DNA of 58,570 nucleotides, filler included, from Perkinsus olseni (Eukaryota): NCBI GenBank assembly GCA_013115125.1. It is 2 parts of 2 records of this genome, joined end to end, with 100 filler letters (N's around TTAATTAATTAA, not from the genome) between each part and the next. Parts side by side here need not be neighbours in the genome. Positions count along the whole stretch, not along the records: positions 29,362 to 58,570 come from JABANN010000434.1; 1 more part is not named here. One strand, 5' to 3'. Shown piece by piece: positions 49,710 to 58,570 of this stretch (position 1 is its first letter; each line of letters starts with the position of its first letter). The notes under the pieces were generated by a model. It saw only the letters and a program-made list of their open reading frames with translations, ran no database searches and was not told where the DNA came from. The position numbers and the translations under genes were made by a program.

Positions 49710-52700
49710 TTATCTCGCCGCTACCGTATCTTCCCGAGGCGAAGCGTGTAGGGCTACTTGCAGGTCCCCTATTGGATACAACCCCAAAGTTTCAAGCGTC
49801 GCTCTGAGACTGAAAATCGATTCCGGAATCACATTTGACGTGCTAAAGTGAATTCCTGAGTCGATTCTGAGTTTCAGAATTACTCTTTCAACGGGGCGCC
49901 AGACCCCAACTCGGAATGAATGCTGAGATCTCGAAAAGTCGGCTATTGCAAGATCATCCCGAGGACCATAGCAGCCCACCTCTATCAGCCGCTCCGTTAA
50001 GGAAGTCGCCTCGCCGTCGTTGAATCTGAAGCGATCGACCGGTGCTTCAGGAGAACCACACAGCAACAGCGGTCCCGTACTGGCAAAGGAAATCAGCAAT
50101 TCCTAAAAACCCGTGGCCGTTCAGCTGCAGCGGCTTGCCCGTTGAAAACAAATCTTCCAGGCGTTCATGGACTGCACGAACCATGTCATGGTCATGCTTA
50201 GCGAATGCCAGGTAGGACCAGCAGATCTGAGCGACTCGCTAGAATTCCCGATCGCTCGCCATCGCCTTACAGCAGCAATGGCAGACGGCTGGGCGCTTTC
50301 CCGGAGTAAATTTTCGACCAAGAGTCGGGCCTTGAGTACTTCCATCTGAGGGAGAGGCCCTGATGTTAAGCGGCACGCCACGGGTCCTGACTGTCATTCG
50401 ATAAGGCCTCTTCTAATGCAATTAATGTAAAATCAGACCGCCGTCTCCCACACTGTTGAAGACGAGCGATGTTGGAACACCCCATGCTAGAGCATCACGT
50501 CACAGTGTTGAGTCGCCTTACGACTGGCTGGATGCGTACAGCGAATTGCGCAATAGTGGTCCATTCTTCCATAACGTAGAGCGACTATTGCACGCATACA
50601 CAGAAGGTGCGACTCTGACTCGAAGCCTTTGTGGCCTAGTGTTCCCAAAGCCTTACAGCCTATCATGGACAGTTTATTGTGGGTAAAAATTCGTCAGACA
50701 AGAAAGACAAACCGTGATATCAATCAGGCGCAGAAATATGGAAGGCAGGTCATCCGTATCATAAAAACAACACAAAACCGGGAAAGCACCGTTCAAAGCC
50801 GAGGTGAAGCTATCAGAACAAGGAAGAGCGATGGGCTTATACTCACCGACACTTTCACGGCAGCAGTGATCAGCAAACAGCAAAGGCGACGCTCACCATG
50901 TGATCGTGATAAACCCCAACTTTCGAGAAGGCCGCCATCAAGACGCCGATCTCCGCTACTGTCAGACTCGATGACAACGACACCACGCGCGCAGCGAGTG
51001 TATCGAAGAAGTTGGCAGCCACGACGGTGACTGAGAACAGGCGAGGATGTAGCTGAGGGAGTCGGCAAGTAGCTCTCGAACAACGCACGCGTCACATAAC
51101 GTAAGAATTGGCATCGAGAAGTTCCATGCGCGAACTACATGAAAGTCCACGCTTGGCACGGGAAAATTTTTCAGAAGCACTTGGGAAACCAAAGGGGTGA
51201 TGGAGAAGCGTAGTTGAGTGAAAAAAGGCATGCATGATCGAGGAAGATCCGTGAATACGATCCAACTATATTCACAGAGAGCATGTGAGAGATCAAGCCC
51301 ACGTATCCGTAGCGCCCCGACTCACGCTGGCCTTTCTTGGCTCGGTCTTTCGCATCAGCACTCAGCTCGTCATGGCCAACCTGCCAGAGATGATATCATT
51401 TCAATTCAGACTTTCGAGTCAAGAATCGTCAATTCAGCAGAGAATCAACTATTCCCAAGCCTTTCGCATGGCAACAGTAGCATTGTGTTTCTTAGAGGCG
51501 CGGGGCGGATTTTGGCGACCAGCTGACGGATCTTGTCTCAACGCAAGACCCCTTCCCTAGGAACCGCGAATCGGACCACGTGCTAGTCAGGTATACTTTC
51601 TTCTCTTCAAGAGATATCCTGCCCCACCCGTTGTAGAGAGTGAGACACGAATTAAGGAGACAGACCAACTCTCGATAACGCTCAACACTTGCTGGGCGTC
51701 GGGGACACCGACTCAGGATAACTCTCGGAACACAAAGGCAGGTCTCCTCCTTGACGGCTCAGCCCACCGGCCTGGTTCTCTTTGGTATCCACCCTAACCG
51801 GTTCAGTATCAGGATGCATCTTAAGGTACTCAGAAATCTCAGAAATCTCGATGGAACTCACACAGGCGAGCTGGCCTAGATCACTTCCGAAATGCAGACC
51901 CCATCTGATCGTGAAACGTAGTTGCCGTTGGTTGTAGGTTGAGGCGTCGTTGGGAGCGGTGTCGTACTGTTGACGGGAGCCAACGTAGCTAGGCAGGTAG
52001 CAATGATGATCTGGTCGTTGTCAACACGGGTGGCTTGGAATCGTATCAGCCGAATGCATGTAAGATCTTCACGACGCGCCCGAGACAGAGAACAAAACAA
52101 TCAACTGCTGGCGGCGGTGGTGAGGGCCACTAGGCCGACTCTACGAGTTCGGCTACAACAGTTGTCTCCGTTGCCAACGGGACCAGCGTAAAACCTTCTA
52201 GTGAGGCACGCCACCGAAAGGTGGCTGCCAGAACTACCGCTACGCAGTACGAATACTAGATGGTACTGCAGTACAAGAATTCTCGTCAGTGCAAGTTGCC
52301 CATAGCAACAGACCTGCCTGTCCGATTTGTCGTGTCTCTCACCCATGACGTAGTACTCTCCTAAGAAATCTCCACCATGAGCCCCATGATGAGTTGCCCG
52401 ATGGTTTAGCCCACGTCGTCAGAGGTCAACACCAGCCTGCCATGTGGGCTACCGTTCTCTCCTTTCTCAGCGGCCCAGAAGAAGACCTTCCTTCCCGCGT
52501 TCCGAACGAGTCCTTCGCAACTCACTGCAGAGGGTAGGTTTCTCAGCCTAGGAAAACGGCAGCTTTTCCACTATAATGATGGAACCATCGCGTCGGCAAC
52601 CCAGTGTGGGCTACACCACCACAAAGTCCTCGGAGGACAGGTCGAGGTCAGGTCAGGTATCACGACTTGCATGCACTTCACATAATGAGGCGATGCACGT

Positions 52701-53445
52701 CTTGTCGCCGACATACGACGCACACGCCAGAATCAGGCAGCTGGGTCAATATACAAAAATTGGCTGTTTTCAGGATTCGGCAAATCTCTCACTACAGCGC
52801 GAGAATTGCACTGCAAAAGACTGGCGCTGAATATCATGCCAAGTTCAACTCCTCGGAAAAAGCACGGGAAGCGCCTTTGATCGATCCGAGCAGAGATTCA
52901 CTGCAACAGGCCAGCCACCTCACCAGTTTAGTCGCGGCTATGGCATGGTGTATCAGCTGAGCCTTGAAGCCATCTTTGGGCACTGACCGCCGCGGTCTCG
53001 CCGGATCGCGCTCATCAGACAGATCCCGGGTCAGTTTCAATAACGTCCTGAATAAAACATCTTCCATCACCACCACAAGCATCCACATGCAAGAACGAAG
53101 GAAGTTAAATCCTTCTGCACGATATTTCATAGCACACTCGACCGGACAGTTTTTCTGCAAGAAATGAGGAGCATTCCCAGAATCGCCCCGACATCCCATC
53201 GCCTCACCGAGCCCTGTTGGCTCCTTGCTTCTCAGCCATCGTTTTCAAAGCAACATCCCGGGTGGCAGACACCAACGAGGTCACAGCAGTCTCTGATCCG
53301 GTGCTGGCCGTACAGAAGGTTCGGCAAACTGTCCTGGTGTGCATGCAAAAATTGAACTACAGTGCATTGAACCCGAGGCCGACACCCCATCCTGGCATCA
53401 GAGGCTCAACTCCGAGCCTGTGAGCTCTGCTGATCAGCAGCATAA
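49710..53445 (-). CDS. Putative mitochondrion-targeted helical-repeat (HPR/OPR/RAP-type) RNA-binding protein, multi-exon
   Basis: Presequence-like start MLLISRAHRLG...TVCRTFCTAS; repeat-like exon FFDTLAARVVSLSSSLTVAEIGVLMAAFSKVGVYHDHM (50870-51088). Family call rests on resemblance only. Confidence 0.45.
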
Positions 53446-53623
53446 CCGCTTAAGATGAGCATGGCCCGACCTCGGAAAAACGCAACACCCACGAAGCAGC
53501 AAAACTAGGTGCAGCCCAATGGTGATCGCCATTATTCATGTACTAATACTACAACCATATAGCGGACTACTTTTCCAGCATCTCCCAAAGTGACAAGAAA
53601 AATGAAATTCAATTTAACCTACC

Positions 53624-54403
53624 CTACGACTCTTCAGCTGCATTTTGACGACCTTCCACAAACTCATGCAACGCCTTCCGCCAAATTCTAATTTCAGCAT
53701 CAAACGTTCTCTTGCTGACCCTCTTAGAAGCATCCGGTGTGACGGGATGCACTCCCGGCCTCCTGTTCGACGGTGACACCTCCACTCGGTATTTTTCATA
53801 CTGCTGCGTGGCTTTTCCGATCTCCACCTGCCTCTCACGAAGTATCTTACGTCGCTCCCAGCACTTCTCAGAATCCTCCCCACCAGAGCCGCTAGAGCTC
53901 GAAGATTCTCTTCCCTTCATCAGCTCCGCTATCCCGCCCTTCGTAACCTTCTCTGCCGGACTCGGCGAGGGCGCTTCTCCCTCCACAGCCTCGCTCGACT
54001 GTCCCAAACCGCTGAATATTGGGTCGACTTTCGCGTCCGGAAACGCTGTCGGTCCAGAAACTCGTCTAATTTTATTTTGCCCATCATCATCATTCTCATC
54101 AAGATTCCTCTTCCTAGTCGCCTCGCCCACCCCAGGCAATTCAAAGCGCGACTGAATCGTCTTCGAATCTTCCGGGAGAATCAGTCCATGCCCGTCCATG
54201 AGGAAACCGAATCCCGGCGGTCTGCTCCCAGGATCCGCCTCAGCCGACATCATCCGTCTCAGCCGCGAGGCGAGCTTAGATACTCCCTCAGCTTGATGGG
54301 CATAGGTGTGCTCGCTGGCCAGGCCCTCCGGAACGAAGGAGTCTTCCTCCTCCGCCGAGATCGCCGCCCAACTTAGCTTTCCGGGAGGATTTGAAGTCGT
54401 CAT
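53624..54403 (-). CDS. SLBP: Histone mRNA stem-loop binding protein (SLBP-domain protein), intronless
   Basis: RERQVEIGKATQQYEKY..V....RRPGVHPVTPD..KRVSKRTFDAEIRIWRKALHEF matches the SLBP RNA-binding domain, including the HPxTP motif and W..ALH. Confidence 0.88.
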   Translation of the reverse strand: MTTSNPPGKLSWAAISAEEEDSFVPEGLASEHTYAHQAEGVSKLASRLRRMMSAEADPGSRPPGFGFLMDGHGLILPEDSKTIQSRFELPGVGEATRKRNLDENDDDGQNKIRRVSGPTAFPDAKVDPIFSGLGQSSEAVEGEAPSPSPAEKVTKGGIAELMKGRESSSSSGSGGEDSEKCWERRKILRERQVEIGKATQQYEKYRVEVSPSNRRPGVHPVTPDASKRVSKRTFDAEIRIWRKALHEFVEGRQNAAEES

Positions 54404-55172
54404 ATTACAAATGAGCCTACCATTCGCCAGGACAATCGACGATAGCGGAAAGCAATTTTTGAGGAGCTTCGAGCCGCAAACGCTAATCGACAGTTTTAGC
54501 CCTCGACATTGCTGGTTGCCGTTGAGCCTTATGACGTTAAATGCTTAGAAACTTATTCATACCGGAGTCAAGATACCGTTGAAGCTAGAGGGATAGCTAG
54601 TTGTGTTACAGGGGATGTGCAACCACAGGTAGACCGTGACGACGATAATGAACCAATCTCTACAATTTCCATTGTGTCCTTGTCAAAAGCCTTCAATGAC
54701 CTTAATGACAGTGACTCATCACCATTCTCATGAATACTGTCAACGAGGCCTCTCCGAACGAGACCGCGTCTAGACTCCGATAGTCTCCCCAGTATCTACC
54801 ATTTCACCCATAACTCGAGACATTCTAGTGGACAACACCCTTCGAACGACGAATGGCTGACTGATAGCAGGCTAACGACGTTAGCAAGAAGACGCATCTC
54901 TCGTCAGTGCCGTGCGACACAGTCACCCACCCCAACCCGCCCAAGGCACGTCCCCGATTTCTAAACTGCCACACAACTCTGCCATTGTTCCTGCTAAAAT
55001 CGGCGATAGAAAAAATGAGCACCTCGCTGAAAGAAGCCTCTCGCCAAAATCAAATAATACAGTTTACGAAAAAAATACAACTTGGCCGATGAAAACAGGA
55101 ACCTATACGTGCGAAAAGCCACCGTCACGCGCCACGAAATTCCTCTGTGCTGATATCAACTCACCGGGGAAG

Positions 55173-58100
55173 TCACATGTGCATGAGGGCAGCGACTAGC
55201 AAATCTTCGACGGTTTGCAACTTCTTGTCTCGCTCGTATGTCTCAACTTGAACGTCTTCAACATCATCGTCCGCGTCACTTGAGTGTGCCGACGTATCTT
55301 TTTTCCCGTCAACTTCACGCTCCGAGCTTGGATACACATCTCCCCCACTGACCACCTGACAGTTCGGGATCATCACGAGTCATCTCAATGCAGAAAAAAC
55401 ATGCGCTACGCCTTCATCTTCACCTATAGTCAACCCCGGACAAGAGTGAAGAGAATTTCTTTCTCATCAACCTATCACCGAATTGTTGCAAAAGACAGCA
55501 TCTTTGATCTAATATGGATACTCGGATGCTACTCGTGAAAAATATCTTTTATCCGCGGAAGTTCCACAACAGCTCGAACACAGCGGACCACGCGAAACAT
55601 ATTCTTACCCGAGTGAGCACTCTATTGGCCAACTCTTCAACCTCATCTTTCCTTCCTTCCAACTCCCGTCGTAATTCATACGGGACATCTGAGTGAGTAC
55701 CCTCATCATCACCACCATAAAACGGAAGGTTCATAAGAAATCATAATCAAATACCCCCTCACGGACAGAACGGATCGGCCGGAAACTCGGACACTGGGAC
55801 TATCCATTCGACCGCCGTTGCTTTCGCGCTCATCAAGCGATCCAAACACAAAGTAGATTCGAGGAGGGCGGCAAAGCCATTCACGGAAATTTCCAATTTC
55901 ATACTGTCAGACCAAACTCGCGTCCGTAGAGTTATCATAGTAACCAATCAGCATCTTAGGCCTGCCCTACCCTCTGCCTAAGCGCTACTTTCTGTGCTAA
56001 CTAAACTCGCCTGAACTTACCACTCTCGAAACAAGATACATCGGTGCTAGTCTGACTAAGCCGGTTCTCGGCGTTGGACTCAAATTTTGAGTTCGGATGA
56101 GAATACGAGAACGGGAGAGAATAAGGTTTTCGGCCGATTTTCTTATTCTCGAGAAATCTCATCTCGCCAAAATGCCGGGGTATGACTCAAAACTCACACA
56201 CACAATCACTTCAACGATCGAAAATGAAAACCAAATCCATATTTCTCGCCAGCCACGCAGTTTCCACCGTCTTCACAAGAGCCCCCTCCCGCTTACCATC
56301 ATTAGCCGCCACCAACCTCAGCAAGTGAGACGTAATGATCGACTTCGACTCATCCCCTAAGCGGAACTCCTACACATCAAACAATCGCCACGTTAGAGTA
56401 ATCTCACCTAAGACGGTCTCCGCCACTGTGAGAGGCCCGCCGGTCGAGTTGCCAAACTCCAACTCGTAACCGTCCGCGATAGCATCTTGCAGCTAAAGAA
56501 CAAAGATACGTCAAAAATCAACATACGGAATCTAAAAAGCCCGTTTCGTATTGTCGACAGAAATTTTAACCGTGGCAGTAATAAACACTACACTGGCCTC
56601 AGGGGAGCTTACGTACAAAAATTTCAGGAGCATCAAAGCTCTGGGTGAAAAGTTATGTTGGTGACACGAAACGTACTCTTGGAATTACGTGTACTGTAAT
56701 ATCGACGATACCCTCACCACGGAGACCGCCAACGGCCTCGGAAAAATCACAAAAAATTATAAGGAAATGATTTTTGATATGAGGAACTTTGCAATGAAAA
56801 GTTATGCTGGTGATACGAAACGGAATTTAGATTGCGCGTACTCAGTACGGGGTACTGTTGAGGAGAAGTATCGCCGGCGGCGATCCCTTCTTGTCGGAAA
56901 CCGCCAACAACCCCGGTCAAACTATGAGGAAGCAATAGCGGTAAGAATGAGTGTACGTCTAACTACGGACGGACGGGGAGATTGCCGGGATATACGAATG
57001 TGAAAATAATCTGTATATTGATACCACATTTCCCACAATAAGGTCAATGATCACCCCTCCTCCACCTTACACTAGTCAGCTGTCTCTTCCGCAGCAACAC
57101 TGAGTCAACCATCACATGCTTCAACACCAAGCCGCCCTCCGGTACCGCCATCTTCGTTAACAACATCAACGGTACCATAACTTGCCCTAAACACAGTCAA
57201 TCACGACGACGCCGATTGAAACGCGCCGTCCGCGGTGAGAACACCGTCAAAGGGCAGCACTACCATCAAGTTACTTTCTTAATATTATACAATATTCCAT
57301 ACCAAAACACGGCGAACTTGATGACAATTATAACATAATACACCTCCACTTGTATCAAATTCCCTCACACTCATCAGCCAGCAAAGCTGAATGCTGCGAC
57401 GGCGACGGATAATATCAGCAGCCCTTTCCATACAGACTGGAGTCTCACCCGTGATACGTGGAAAGGCGTTTTACGCCAAGTGAAAAACGCGAAAAGCATC
57501 AGGGAACGACAGCAACTCCGTGGCGTTGATTTCTCAAGTTATACTATTAAAACTTACACAATGTTTCAAACCAAAACACGACGAACTTAATGACAATTGT
57601 AACATAATACCCCGTCAATCCAGTCTTTCATCTAAGCCGTCCACCAACAATATCCAATAACAACCGATGCACCCCTCAGCCCTCTCACCTGGTTGGTCCA
57701 GCTCAATAGCAACAACCCTGACTCCCGCCCCTCGAGACAGGACCACTATCTCATCAATAGGACTGAGGGGCGCGTGCCCATACAGACCGTGTGAGAGTAC
57801 CTGTAGTGATAATGCAAGTAAACGTCGCCGTGCACTTCTAGGACCAATTTAGTCTTCCGGGGCTCGAATTTTCACCATACCATAATTTCCACAACTCGCG
57901 ATATATCAAATCAGTTCTTAGACTCAGGTCGTATACATCACCATACCATAATTTCCACAACTCTCGATAATTCAAATCAGCTCATTAATACGCTAATAAG
58001 AGCGTCTCCTGCCAACTTACATCAACCGTAGTCGACCCTATCAGCATCCTACTCGACCACACCGTCTCCGTCCCCTTCCGCAGAATAACCTGTGAACAAA

Positions 58101-58300
58101 TCGATCATCCGGGCGCGCGTTTTTTACCTACGATAGCAGCCTGTTGCTTTCGCTTCTTCTCCACTTTCTCCTTCGTTTGTTTGCCCATAACATTAATCGT
58201 TTCGTCCACCACGCCCGAGTCCAGCTCAATCCAAATCTTCCGAGCCAGGACTGGCTTAGAAAAGCGAATATAGGTAGGTAGAGACGTACCTGCGTCGACC
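55173..58300 (-). CDS. Hypothetical multi-exon protein; 5' end uncertain or outside the window
   Basis: Chain of short minus-strand exon-like segments with GT/AG ends (55173-55376, 55605-55720, 55759-55947, 56408-56495, 57680-57800, 58130-58260). No family recognised. Confidence 0.4.
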
Positions 58301-58497
58301 TAAGATATGCTAAGATACGCATTAGGTGTAACCAAGCCGAGATGAACAGACACTTGCGATGTACTATGATCGACCTAAGATACTCCGGTGAGTTCACACG
58401 GAAAATGAGCTCATTCGAATCGGGCGCGACAGCGGTTACACACTCGGACAGTCACCCGCAATTTTCAAAGCCCTCACGAATGTCGAATATCTTTAGG

Positions 58498-58570
<73 letters not shown>
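58498..58570. repeat. (AAT)n microsatellite running to the window end
   Basis: Uninterrupted ataataata... tract. Confidence 0.98.

Noticed and set aside
56640-57985. Repeated 30-60 bp units as a CRISPR-like array
   Set aside because: Only two diverged copies of each unit, irregular spacing, eukaryotic intronic context, no cas genes.
58498-58570. Terminal (AAT)n as a telomere
   Set aside because: Not a G-rich telomeric repeat; a simple microsatellite at the window end.

Overview
Eukaryotic, intron-rich genomic DNA with many ~45-70 nt GT-AG introns and long same-strand gene runs. Gene content and architecture suggest an alveolate such as Perkinsus (inference, not verified). The window is two contigs joined by an artificial N-TTAATTAATTAA-N linker (29262-29361). 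The left contig holds housekeeping genes: a transmembrane cNMP phosphodiesterase, an anoctamin, a fatty acid desaturase, a rhodanese+DSP protein, a mitochondrial carrier, a coiled-coil protein, an Air2/ZCCHC7-like zinc knuckle protein, a P4-ATPase flippase, a Gly-rich secreted protein and cornichon. In the right contig every protein gene I could call is on the minus strand: a FAR-like/GNPAT fusion ending in PTS1 SRM, Sec20, PEX5, two helical-repeat/unknown proteins, SLBP and an unknown gene. The most unusual signal is in the right-contig introns, which contain tRNA sequence at every stage of decay. There are two intact intronic tRNAs (Ser-UGA, Glu-CUC), 5' fragments and seven orphan tRNA 3' ends. 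Four minimal introns (46-70 nt) consist almost entirely of splice donor + tRNA T-arm/B-box + 3' acceptor strand + Pol III T-run acting as the polypyrimidine tract. Boundaries of multi-exon genes were read by eye and are approximate.
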